Source: Tubiluchus corallicola
Taxonomy: Eukaryota > Animalia > Priapulida
Length of the DNA: 64,000 bases
Assembly (NCBI GenBank): GCA_030141605.1
Contig: JAQGDQ010002381.1
Coordinates: 303,786-367,785 of the forward strand
Direction: 5' to 3'
How positions within the stretch are numbered: position 1 is the first letter of the stretch; each line of letters starts with the position of its first letter. This document shows positions 51,201 to 64,000 of the stretch, piece after piece. The notes below the pieces were generated by a model. It was not told the origin of the DNA. It did no database searches and was given only the letters and a program-made list of their open reading frames with translations. The position numbers and the translations under genes are program-made.

Positions 51201-54200
51201 TAATGACACACTGTGAGCAACAAGCTAATTCTGTCATTCATGATGAAGCAATAAAGATACATTTATTTTCAGGGAGATGTTGGAGGCAAGAGCACCGGAT
51301 AGTTTTGCTCTTCCTGCAGCTAACACGTCCCAGATGAAACTGCACGGTGTCCACTTGACGGTTAAAGCTCCGGCCGACTCCGGCTACGACTTTTATTCCC
51401 GCTGTTTTTTTCCCTGGGATGGACTGCTTGAAGATCCAGTTTGTGGTAAACAATGTGCATTGTTTATGTAAGAATGAATGGACATACTATTTAAATATAT
51501 GAATTAATTATAATTATCTTTGCTTTAAAGTAAAGCTAAACAAAAGAAATTATGTTTATTATTCAACCGTCAGTTGCTACCACACCAGCTGACTCACACA
51601 GTAAATTAGCTAGCTGAGTAAAAAGTTAAAAAGAGCTTCTGGGGAATGTTCTCGATGTGCTCCATTTTGCAGTGTCTATGTTTGCCAGTAAGTGGCGTAT
51701 CTACTGGTGTTCTTTTGTAACCGGGGCGAAAGACACAGGCAAGGTTTGGAGTGGAAAACAGATAGAGTATCGGCAGTGGGACTGATACAGGAAAGTTGTA
51801 GGGTGTGAAGAGAACCACCTAAACTGCAAGGGTGCCCAAATCAATACCAAAACACTAAAATGATCCCACACGTGTGTCTAACGTTGCATATTTGTGTGTT
51901 TAATTTTGAATTGACTGCTTTCTCATTAAAAAATTTTTCAAAGTTAGTATCTCTGCCAGCACACGCACACAGTATGACCACGAATCCATACTGCATTTGC
52001 CATATTTCACCCAGTGATTTCGTCATCATCACATGCCCGTTATGTCAGTTGTAGACATTGCGTAGGCAGAACTCTAAAATAAAAGAAATCTACCCTCAAG
52101 ACAGGTAAACACAGCAGTAATCCAGCAAAAACTAGACACTGCTATGGCAGTGGCTTGTTCGCAAGAGCTAAAATCTTCGCAGCTGGCAAAAATGTCGGCT
52201 GGCTCCACTTCCATCTCTGAGCAGCTGGCGCGACTAAAGCTGCGTTTCTTATCGGCTAGGTCGACTGTAGAAGTGAATTGCCTGGAGTTCAGCTGAAACG
52301 ACATGGCTCTGGCCTCTAGTTTTAAGATGAAGATTAGTTTTAGTTTTGTTCTGTTTTAGTCTTACATTTTCTGTCTTAAGTCTGACTGAAAATCACTATG
52401 TCACTGAAGGAGTTGCCAGTTTTATGGTTTTTCTGTTCTAGTGCAGAAGGACTAATGTGGTAATAGTTCCAGTGAATAAAGTATACATTGTAGGCCTGAT
52501 TTTCAAAAACATGAAATGTTTTTTTCAAAAACATGAAAAGCCTATCTTAATTCATTATGTTTGCATGTTTAAAGTTTGCAATGTTTGATGCCAGTAATCT
52601 TCAACTAATTTCTGACTATGTTAGGGTCGGCTCACACTGTATTTGGTTGTTACTGGCAAAAAGTGCTGGGAAAATCAACTTTTCAAGGTAGGATAATTTG
52701 GTGCTTTATGACGTTTATTGTAATTTAACTTATGATGCTTATTCGTTTATGATCTGATTTTGTGTGTTTTTCAGTATGTCAGTAGATCTCAATTTAAATT
52801 CTGTGCAAGATTATTACCATGCTGACAAAGAGCGATATAGGTTCGATTTACTTAATATTGTGCAGCACACTGTAATTCAATGTGTGTAAAGTCCTCGAAA
52901 GGTTAAAAAATGAAAATTTCCAGCCATTGTAAATAACTGTATCTTAATTGACACAATTTTTCACAAAAAATTACAGAATGCTAGAAAATATAATTGTTAT
53001 TTTGAACAATATATATTTTTAGTGGCCAGTCACAAAGTATAATTACTGCCCTGCAATACCATATCACATAGACTTGTGCAGCATATGTTACCGGAACAGT
53101 ATCTTGCTTAACCCTTTTACCGCCTCCATGATGTACTATTATGTCTATTTTTTGAACTGGCTTATGCCTATTTGACATACATATTTATCATTAATATCTA
53201 GCACTCCATTTAAACTCTGGCGAAGTGTATTATCGCTTAGTCTAGTACGTTTAGACAGCTAGCAGGGCCCAGCACAGCTCCAGGAATATGTGTGAACTGA
53301 GTTTGACCTTATTTCCTTGGCTACATAGCACATCTGCTATGTACATATATGTCTTCGACTGTGAGTTCTGCATCATTTGAAATTTGCTGTTTTTGCACAT
53401 TTGTATTATTATTAATAATAATCTTTTATTCGTATAAAAATTTTTATACAGCAATGTAGTTTTAGTATAAATAATTAATACAATGAAAAATAATTTTTGT
53501 TAGTAATTAAAAAACAAGAGATTTAGAGATTTTAAGACAATTTTCAGCAAAAAGTTTAAAGATTTGATAGTTTTGTAGGTTTTAATGCATATGCACACTC
53601 TCTTACTTATTTTCCAGACGATGGACCTATATATATATGTTCTAAACATTCTTGGTAGATATATAAAAATGATCTGTAAAGGGATTATTATTCTTGTACA
53701 CAATTCTACGTGATTTTAGGGCTTTTGGTTTTTGCATGTATTTTACTTTTGATAAATGTATACCAAAACAAATATGTTATTAATTGTGACTTGCACAAGT
53801 TGATTTTCGGGCTGAATTTAGGTGCTGAAGCTGTTTCACTTGCATGACATTATAATTTTGCTTTGGAGGTTCATTTATTGATCTAAATTCAGTTTCATGT
53901 GCAGTTTCATATCACCATATTGCCTCATTTGCAAATAAATATAAAACATAAACAAGTAAGTAAATATATAGGCCTAATAAATTTCCGTGAATGAATGTAA
54001 TGATTGATTGAATGAATGAATGAATGAATAGGTGGGTGCATCATTGATTTTTATTTCGCTTGTTGAAATCATCTCTTTGTTTCTTATGAACAATACCAAA
54101 GTAAAGTTGCAAAGTTGTTATTTTGTCATGTGCTTTGTGCGTTTTTGTAGCTCGTCAGTGCTCAAAAAGAGGAGGAGATGTCTACGTGAATGTACGAGAA

Positions 54201-54263
54201 GACAAAAGAGTCGAGATTGGAGGCAAGTCTGTAGTCATTATAGAAGGAAAGATCCATTTGTAG
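45215..54263 (+). CDS. PBLD: PhzF/PBLD-family protein copy 2, 296 aa; join(45215-45325,46127-46325,47659-47801,49042-49130,51273-51445,52625-52687,54151-54263)
   Basis: Canonical NLSET, LCGHATLA and EDPVCGSAH motifs; GT-AG introns; intact frame. Confidence 0.94.
49781..50481. repeat. ~17-18 bp satellite (TTTTCGCCAGTCTACT variants), ~700 bp, probably TE-internal
   Basis: About 40 degenerate units; explains the low-complexity ORFs at 49736-50524. Confidence 0.9.
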
Positions 54264-55917
54264 TCTAAATCATGGAATCGTACTTAATCTGATTGCTTTA
54301 TCACAGTGTTGCCATTCTGGTTGATAAAGATTATTGTTTTGGAGGCTAAAAATTATAGTATTTTCCACCATATTATCGCATTTTCATGCAAAATTCAAAA
54401 TTACTGTGTATTTGCAGCAAATTATTATTATCATTGTATAATTATGCATTTAATAAGTAACCATAACACCAAAAAGTACCATTAGCAAGTGTAAAATTAA
54501 GTTTATCAAAACACAATAGAATGTTGCTAATTCCTGCATGTGCAGAACGAAGCCTGATCGTTGTCATCATGGCCATTTGACAACTATGAATGGCCCCTTT
54601 AAACTGATTAACTGTAACTGCTTCCCTTTGAGGTAAACCATTCCACAGATCCTATGACTGATAAAAAATTTCGTAATATAAAATTTATTCTTTAATTTTT
54701 ACCGTTTGTTAAACTACTCTCTTTTGAAATTACTGCTGTTTTCTGAAAACTGTTACCACTAATTTGCAACCAGCATGGTTTGAACTACAACAAAATCAAA
54801 ATTTATTTACATTTCCACGGTAAGCAGTAATGTATTTTCATATCTAAATTATCCTGTAATTATCTGTTATCATACAGTCTGTTTTTTTGTATGGTATGAA
54901 GCATCAAATTATCGTATATTCGAATAAATTTCATATAAAAAGCAACCCTGTTTATCATTTTCATGTCAGGTAAGTGCTAGAAAATAGAACGAAGGTAGAC
55001 TGTAGCAGTGTGTAGTTAATATAAAAAAGAGTTCCTTTAAGGGAAAATAGAATGGTGTATAATGTTCTCTTATGATCAGTGATTATTTTATCATTTTTAT
55101 GTTTTTATTTAGAAATGCTCCTTTTAAGGGAAAATTAAAATAAGCTTTTAGCATGTAATGGACTGAGTGGAATTCTGAAATAGTGTTGTTCCCTATAATA
55201 ATTTTACAATTTTAGTCAAAGGATTATGTGCAGTTTTAATAGAAATATTATTTTATGTTCTATGCACTAAGTGGGATGGACGTTTTTGTTGTTGTTGATA
55301 TACACTATCTTTTCTCTATATACCAGCTAGAACTACACCACTATTGTTATGCATTTGGGAAGTTTTACTTATGGACCAAAGTTGACCTTGCCTTTTTTGC
55401 CCATTTCTGAAGTTAATTATTGTAGGTTTTATATTTTAGAATTTAAATGTGCCACATTGTTCCTTTATTAGGGTAGAGGATTGAGTAATATTTTATCAAT
55501 TGTGCCAAATAAATTATCTTGTTCTCGCTTAAAGCGGCTTAGGACTATAATAATGGTGGTTATATGCGCCATGCAGTTTCTATATTTGAATGAAAATACA
55601 GCATTATTTTGTTAATTGTGCCAAATGAGTTAATACGTTTCTGCTTAAAGTGGATTATCAAGTTACTGCTGTGTTATTTGATTACAGTAATTTTTGTGGC
55701 TTTATAAATCGTGGACCAAGTCCACATTAAGATGAAATTATATTTTTTGTAAACAGGATGAAACAGGATAGGAAATAAGTTAACAGGTTTCTGCTTAAAG
55801 CAGATTACCAAGTTACAGATGCACTAAGCTATACTTTTTGATTACAGTCATATTTATAGCTGTATAAATCGTGGATTGAATAATTAAAATGAAATTATTT
55901 TCGTTTCTTTAATGAGA

Positions 55918-58900
55918 TTATTCTTGTTTATTTAAACTTTAACTATGTTTCTGTGTTACAATAAATGAACTCAAAGCAGAAAATGCAGTTCCTTATATGT
56001 TTAAATTCCTGGCAAGAATAAGGGGGCATTTTATAGTACAATTCTAATGTTGTATATGTTAGATATCATGAAGCAATATCAATTTATCAGAATAGCTCAT
56101 TGCCACACACTTAAGATTTCTGGAAGTCAGTGATCAAAAGTTATATTACTGCATATTTTATTTAATAAAAACTTTAATTTGCAAACAATATGCAGCCAGT
56201 AATATGCTAGAATCTTGCTTGTTTCTCTTGTCACATCAAACTCGCATGTACACAATCTCTAAGAACACTTAAATTGTTGCATGAGGTCTGTCTCAACAGT
56301 AAGAACAGCTACATGTGGGAGTTTTCTATATAATAGCTTACAATAACTGTACGATAAAATGATTTACTATTACCAGTTGACAGAGTACCACAATGTATAG
56401 AAATGAACAAGTGAACTCATAAGATATCATACTAAGTGCAGGTGATGCTACTCATTGTATAATAAATAAAAATTGGAAAAAGTCAAAAAGTTGATAAATC
56501 TTGTTGCTGTCTCATTTGATGTGACTTATCAAATGCACTTTCACTGTTTCCTTCATGCACTTTACTTAATCACAGCCTCTTTTTGTTGTTAGCTGATGTT
56601 ATTTTTCCGTAATTTGTTGTGATTTTTGTTATACAGTCATGCAATTTGTTTTGTTTTTTTACAGAAGAAGTGGTAGTTTGTTAACATTCTACTTTATTTA
56701 ATCTCATTTTAGGTGTCTGTTTATGTGCATAATACATATTTATGGTAAAGTTTTTTCGTATTAGGCTGCTTATTGACAAATAAGAGAAATGCTCACCTAC
56801 TATGCAAGCAATTATTTAAGTCTTGCTAAAATTAATAAATGAACAATCACAGCAATTTATCGTTAAAAAAATTAACATTGTTAATACTTTTGTGGTGTGT
56901 GGTGTCTGATATGAGAGTCGTCGTAAATACGCTGTCAACGCGTTGCCAAACGATCGGTTTTCCTGTTGAAGATATCCCGTTGTGGGATGTGTGAAAAAGT
57001 GGGATGCATCGTGAGGGATATTTTAAATTTGAGTGATATAAACAAAATTGGTAGGTTTGCAATACAGATAAGGCTGAACCTCTTACAGTCAGTTATGATA
57101 CCAGTGATTTATAATACAGAAACATGGAGTGAAGTAACAAAAGTAGAAATGGGTAGGATGGAAGAAATTCAGAAGGATATGTTACAAAAACTAGTATTAT
57201 CACAGAAGGTGTCAACTAGTTATAGGGGTATGCTAATAGAACATTGTACATAAGTATATGCTGTAGGTATACAGTTTGTACATATAAAGACTCTTAAAAA
57301 GTCAGCCTGGAAGAAACGTGTAAAAGAAAACGTAAAAAAATTATTAAAATTACTGCACATCACCAGATATACTCAAGAACTAAGTTAAGGTTCTTATCTT
57401 ATGAGCTGAGCATGATAAACCCAAGCAGTATATAACTGAGTTAACACTAGAACAGACAAAAAGGGTTTTAGAGATAAAGCTTAATATGCTACCACTAAAA
57501 TGTAATTATAGAAGTAAGTTTAAAGGAGATATATGGTGTCCGCTATGTGGTAAAGACAGAGGATCTATTCAGACGGTTATAAGAAATGTGCTACCAACTA
57601 CAGAAGTAAATTTCCAAAGTCTGATTGAGTCAGAAGATGCACAAATAGCAAAGCAGTAGGTGGAATTTGTTCAAATAGCAATGGAAACAAGAAAAAGAAG
57701 AGGTGTCGTGCTGGGAATTTAGCCAAAATAGTAACAGTCATAAATGGTTGATTAACATCAATGCTGATTACGTTACTTGTGTCTTGCGCGATAATATTCC
57801 TTTGTGCCTATCTAACCAGATAGAGTTAACACCGAGGAAACAACGAAACAACATGTGCTTACTGGAGAACCGCAACTGCAGCGACATGACATAGAGGAAG
57901 TTGAGGAACTGCAAGATGTAAAATGTACAACACTCATCGTATAGAAAAATATAATCTTAAAGTGAACAATACAAAGACCAAAGAATACGTTATACCCACT
58001 GCTAATTTAAACATCAACAATTCTTCCTAAATATCTTTTAATGACACAGATAAAGTCAAGGAATACATTATTTAAAAATGTGTATAGTTACCAGTCTCAT
58101 GAAGAAGTGAAACAGCTTTATACAAATTGGGCAAATTTTCCAGGATTTCAAACATGTGGTGTAGATGAAATTGATAAAATGCATCTGAATTGCATATTAA
58201 AAGAATTTTGTAATAAACTTAAATCAATGTACAGAAAACTATTTTTTACAAAGCTACATAATGATCCTAGACACAGTGATGGCAAAAACAAACTAAGATT
58301 TTATAGATATGTAAAAATCAGTAATGAATTAGAAGATTATTTCAAAATTATTTCTAATGAGAAACAGCGACAAATGATTACGAAATTACGTAACAGCGAA
58401 TATGACCTGGAAATAGAATGATTTAGATATCAAAATAAAAAAGGGCGTGAAAGGCTTTGTCAATACTGTCACAACAATAGCTCAAAATTAGTAGAAAACA
58501 AATTATATTACCTTTTTACTTGTCTTTTGTATAAAGATATTAGACAAAAATATGAGCATAAATATATCTTTGCAAAAAGGTAACATATACTCAGTAATGT
58601 GGTTTTTTTCTAATTGCAAACCCAGAAGACCTTATTCACTTTGGAAACTGCTTAAATGAATGTGATAAAAAAGGCAGTTATATCTTGGTGGTAATCTGTG
58701 AGTGCTGGATAAACCTTGTGCTGTGATTGTGTAATTTAATCTCGTTTGTGATTATATTAATTATTTAGGTTTTGTGTTTTTACTACTACTTTGTAGTTGT
58801 AGCATAAAGTTTTATTTCATAAGAGCACATAATTTCTTATTAGATTTAAGTAAGTTGTACAAACTCGTGGTTTTGCAATGTTGCATAATTGCATCTGTAT

Positions 58901-61900
58901 TTGTTGTTTTTCGTGTTTCTTGTACTTTGACTTTTTTGCAATTGTAATTTTTTGCCATGATACGCTATTGTATTTGTGCAATAGAACAAAATTGAAATTG
59001 AAGATGCGGTAATGATTCGTGGAAAAGATGTAAATAACTTGGTAACTTGTAAGACACCGATGCCCACATACAAAGAAGGAAAATTCTTAAATTGTCTGCT
59101 TATTCACATATCTCAATGATTTTTGATAACAATAGACTTTCTCTTGAAACCAGAGTCCGGATTCTTTCAACTTTAGTTGAATCTGTGTTTTTGTACACTG
59201 CTGAGCTATGGACAATAAAAGTTAAGCAACAGAAGGACAGTTGATGCTTTTCGAAGACGTCTCTATAGGAAATTACTCGCAATTAAATCGCCTGATAGAA
59301 TATCCAATGATGATCTGTATAATGCAGTCAAGAAGATTCCTGGTAGTAGACAAATACAAGTAAGAAAATTGCTTTGGATTGGGCACACACTAACAGTAAG
59401 ATTACCTCCTCTTCCTATGGTATTGCATAAAGCTCTTGAAACGACAAAAAACCAAGAGGCTGTCAACTAGGCTGACGTATTTAGGTTTTTGGTACAGATT
59501 TATGATCTAACATGTACATTAGGCAATTTGATACAGACATCATACTATATTCAAAATTTGTAGCTGCATATTTGCCATTAGTTTCTACTCAACAGACCAA
59601 GATGACAAGTTTAAATAAGGGATGCACTTTGCCTTTATATGTGGTGGATGCTTTCACAAGCCAGGCATTTGCTGGAAATGCTGCTGCTGTATGTCTAGTG
59701 TCACACAATCAGGTAAATTAATGATGATCTGTCATTAACAAACTTTTCGTCTTAATTTGTTTTCAGCTATTTTTATTGCACTGTTCTTCACTGCAAATAA
59801 CTTGTGGTCCTGTAGCACAAACTCAGTCAATGTATGTGTCTTAATCGCACTCTTATTTATGTAAAGATATGAGTTTTTAACTACTAACTGATAATGTTTT
59901 TGTTATTTATTTATGTGATTAACTCAATGAATTAACTGTGTTACAATAAATAAATCATTATATTATAATATTTAAATCGCAGGCTTGCATAATAAAAATC
60001 ACTGGTTTATTTTTAGAAATATTGAAACAAATTTAACAAGTTAGTTGAAAACAAAAGTGTCCATTTAGTCACAGCTGAAATCAATTTGTAATCAATTAAA
60101 CTTATAACATCAGTCATAATAATGTCAGGATAATGGTGACTGTGCCTTTAAGTTATGTTTGTATTTGGATCTATTATAATAGTAGGTGTTTTTCATGAAG
60201 ATTTAGTATAATTTTAAGTGACAATTACAATGAGTATCAATGCAGAAAATGCATTTTGTTGTTGTTGTTGTTGTTGTTTCCGTTTCTACGGAGGCTTTGT
60301 AGTTTCTTTCTGCAATTCGAATAGATATTCTGAGTATTATTTGAACTGTACAAAACAGGAGATATGTTATATGTTCAAAATCTATTCCAAACAGTCCGAA
60401 GGCTGTGTTGTTTTTATTAGTTGAATTGTGGTGTAATCTGCATTTCTTGGGTTATATTATTAAATGGCTGTAGACATTGTGATGTATATAGTCATTCGGT
60501 TATTCTATTTTAGGTAATCGACGATGCAAAAATGCAAAAAATTGCTTTCGAAATGAACTTGTCGGAAACCTGTTTCATTGCACTGCCAACAGAAAACGAT
60601 TCGTTCAAGAATTCTTCCCGGTTTGGCCTGCGATGGTTTACCCCTGCCTGTGAAATCCAACTGTGTGGTCATGCCACTCTTGCTGCTGCCACGGTGCTTT
60701 TCTCTTGTGTTGGTAAGTTTGCTAAGCAGGACAGAAATGTAAATCTAGAAGCTGAACCTGAGTCAGTGCTACTACATCAGCTGACACTCACAGTAAATCA
60801 GCCAGCTGGAGTTCACCATTAAGAATGACAGATTTTGATTCTTATGTCCTGCAGCAACAATTTAGCGTTAGTTTGAATAGTTTTATTTGTGAACTGGCTT
60901 AAGTGATTCGACAGCACACCCCTTTATATGCCATATATCTCTCTATATCTCTCATATTTTATGTACTCACAATGTTAAAAAAAATCTCCTGGCTTATAAT
61001 CTGGCAACTCTAGCAATGGATTTATTGCAAATATAATTTAAATCCAACCCTTGGCAAGGCTTATCTGGATTACCAACAAATCAATACTAAAATACCAAAA
61101 TGATCCAATACGTGTGGCTAATGTTGCCTATTTGTGCATTTTATTTAATTTTGAATTGACTGCTTTCTCATTCAAATATTTCTGAAGTTTAGTATCTCTG
61201 CCAGCACACGTACAATATGACCGCATTGCGACCAGTGATTTCATCATCATCATAAGCCCGTTATGTCAATTGTAGACATTGGGCAGGCAGAACTCTAAAA
61301 TAAAAGAAATCTGCCCTCAAAACAGGTAAACACAGCAGTAATCTAGCAAAAAAACTGGACACTGCTATGCCAGTGACTTGTTCGCAAGAGCAAAAATCTT
61401 CACAGCTGGCAAAAATGTCAGCTACCTCGACTTCCGTCACCGAGCGGCTGGCACGACTAAAGCTGGGTTTCTTATCTGCTAGGTCGCCTGTAGAAATAAA
61501 CCGACTGGAGCTGAGCTGAAGCGGTATGGCTCTGGCTTCTATGTCGATCCCTTAAGTATTTTTCACGTTGTCTTGAAAATCAGGGAGTTTTTATTTGCCA
61601 ACCTAATACCAAACGAATTCACTGTGAATTTATTTGTGTGCTAATGCGTTTACTTCAAATAAGCTTCCATGCAGTTTTGCTTTTTTTCTTCTATTGTTTT
61701 TTTAGATTGTGTGCCTTTTTTGCATTTTAGGACTTAAAGCATTCCGCTGTTTTCAGTTCTCATCATATTTGGCATTTTCTTAGGAGACTGTCAGCTTTCC
61801 CTTCTTTTCATCTGCACTTTAAAAAATTGGAAAAGGAAAATAGTGCCTGTTAACCATATTCTAAACCATATTCTATTCCAATAATGAAATTACAATTAGG

Positions 61901-64000
61901 CATTGCAATATTTGATTGTATTGCTAATCCACTAATGCTACGATTAGGCTCTAAATATTTGTGAAATTGATAATCATTATGATAGGGGGGTCTGAAATTA
62001 AAAGGCAGCTAGTGAATATATCTACAGCTATGTAAATTATTACAGGTAACGAATTTACAGAGATTACATTTGATACGCTAAGTGGACCACTTGTTGCCAG
62101 AAAAAAAGAGGACAATTTTATTCTGCTAGATTTTCCTGCTAATCCAACTATTAGTGTTAACAAGGAAAATGTTAAAGATCTTTTAAAGGTACCTACTGTT
62201 TTGAATGACCTGTAAAACAAGTTTGCCTGGGTTTTTGTTGTAAGTAATTTTATCATTGAAGCTTTTAGCAGGTAGGTGGTTGACAGTTTGGAAGACATTC
62301 TGACGCCTTGGTATATTTATGTATTTTAGGAAATTTCCGGCGTTACTTGTTTTAACTGTGTGTGCTGGCCATGTTTTTCAAATGTATCATATGGGCTGTT
62401 TTTTTTTGGCCAATAGCTAAATTGCATCTTTGCACAGACTTTTTTGAAGGCATATTACTTAGTATTATCTTACTTGTATTACTTAGTATTACGCTTTCTT
62501 GCCTGCAATACTCATGTAAATAGAAAAGACACATTTTCTAGCTTTATGTAAGTAAAGGGCTTTCTTGCCTTTTATGACAATTTTTTGGTGTTTTAATTAA
62601 TCCTATTCAGTTTTCGAATTTGCCTGAAGAGGGGAGACAGCATGAGAGGAACATGGAAACTATTCAAAGGTGGGACGGGGGTGGGGGGGGGTGGGGGGTT
62701 ACAGTAATGGTGGCAGTGAAGCACTTGCTGTTACTTTAATGTTTCTTTTTACTGGCTGTTACACACACGTGCATGCACGCACGCGCACACACACACCCAC
62801 ACACACGCACTGTTACATAATATAGTAAAATATATCATATCACTCTTTTCGGTGATTCTAGATTGCATAGCACTCCTACAATAGGACTAGTTGAAGTTTA
62901 GCAAACAACTATCACAATTACTAACCTGACATTCTGTGCATTAAATTTAGAAATCCACAGATTAAAGATACGAGACAATGCCGCTATGATAAAACTAAGG
63001 GTGCATTCAGACTAGCGAGTTTTCTGTTGGGAGTTTTTCTCTAACACCAAACTTGCAAGTGTGAACTGCTTTGCGAGTTACTATCGACAAGTCATTGCAC
63101 ACTTTCAGACAGTTGCTACGAAATGATTTCCTGTTTAGTGTGAACAGTCTCAGCGAGTTACTCTTGACACGGCTCCCAGTGAATAGAGGAGGAGTATCAG
63201 CTGGTGCTTACTTCATGTTGGAGAATTTTGTTCTTTAGTCTGAACGTGCTTGCGAGTTACTTGGCGAGAAAATTTGTTAGTATGAATGCTTCATTACTCT
63301 CAAAAGCAGTGCGACAAAATATCAACATTCTTGCAACAGTCAAGTCATCTAAATTCTTCTTTGTAAAAAGTATTTTGGTCCGAACTTTAATACACTGTAG
63401 AATCTTATGTGAATGTTTTTTATAATACAGGTACTTGTTGGAGATTTACCTATTGTTGATGTGGAGTATGCTCCTGTTATACAACAAATGATTGTGTGTC
63501 TTCAAGATTCTGTGTCCAGGTGTGCATGTTGATAATTTTTTATTTGGTTTGTCGTGTGTCATTCGTTTTGCACTTTTCATTAGCTTTCATGTTATTATAC
63601 ATACTATAAAATTGCTGCAAATTGTACAAATCTGCAATTAATCTCTATTTCTATGAAGTGTGTTTGTGTATGTTTGTTTATTTGTTTGCTATAAAGTCCT
63701 GTTTTACTTATTTAACTTCAAATTTGGTCTATTAAGTTGCTAATACATCACACTCCCCATTGAATTATGGGATATGTACAGTTATGTGTAGAAATCAATT
63801 AACAAAAGCTGAAGACAGTCTACTTTTTAACTTTTGGCAGGAGCTCTACTTACATGAAAAAGAATTTAAAATACACTATGTTTCAGTCCATTGTTGGGTT
63901 CAAATTCTGATTGGATGAAAATTTTTCATTGTCTCATTCTTCATTCATTAGTCATTGATGTTATTATTGTTGTAAGTATAAGGCTTCATGTGTGTGTGTG
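55918..64000 (+). repeat. Tandem segmental duplication, unit 3 (runs off the window)
   Basis: From ~58820 onward it is almost identical to 44433-49610. Confidence 0.92.
59602..63519 (+). CDS. PBLD: PhzF/PBLD-family protein copy 3, partial; join(59602-59712,60514-60712,62046-62188,63431-63519,...)
   Basis: The four exons look identical to copy 2; the remaining exons lie beyond the window. Confidence 0.92.

Larger units (their letters stand above)
41493..55917 (+). repeat. Tandem segmental duplication, unit 2 (~14.4 kb)
   Basis: ORF track offsets of 14387-14389 between units 2 and 3. Confidence 0.92.

Noticed and set aside
29422-63519. Horizontally acquired phenazine biosynthesis cluster
   Set aside because: Only PhzF-fold genes are present, with spliceosomal introns like animal PBLD; there are no other phz genes.

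Overview
AT-rich, intron-containing DNA from an invertebrate animal, probably a protostome, with no prokaryotic features. Positions 1-~23 kb hold the 3' half of a calcineurin A (PP2B catalytic subunit) gene on the + strand. I could trace its exons by splice sites and reading frame from LDRFKEPP (5744) to the stop at 19569. The regulatory part is unusual. It has two paralogous, frame-incompatible exons for the calmodulin-binding helix (13714-13813 and 16544-16631), which is the pattern expected of mutually exclusive exons. It also has candidate 3-nt and 9-nt microexons and a 96-nt exon readable either as an in-frame cassette or as a truncating terminal exon. Positions ~23-64 kb are a tandem array of three PhzF/PBLD-family genes with 7 coding exons and 296 aa each; copy 3 is cut by the window end. 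Copy 1 keeps an intact ORF but has lost the catalytic S-E motif. It also has a private solo LTR with heat-shock elements, a CRE and a TATA box 95 bp upstream of its ATG. The rest is nested LINEs, a truncated THAP/P-element, MITEs, a MetaSINE-like SINE and tandem repeats. All splicing and expression claims are predictions from sequence alone.
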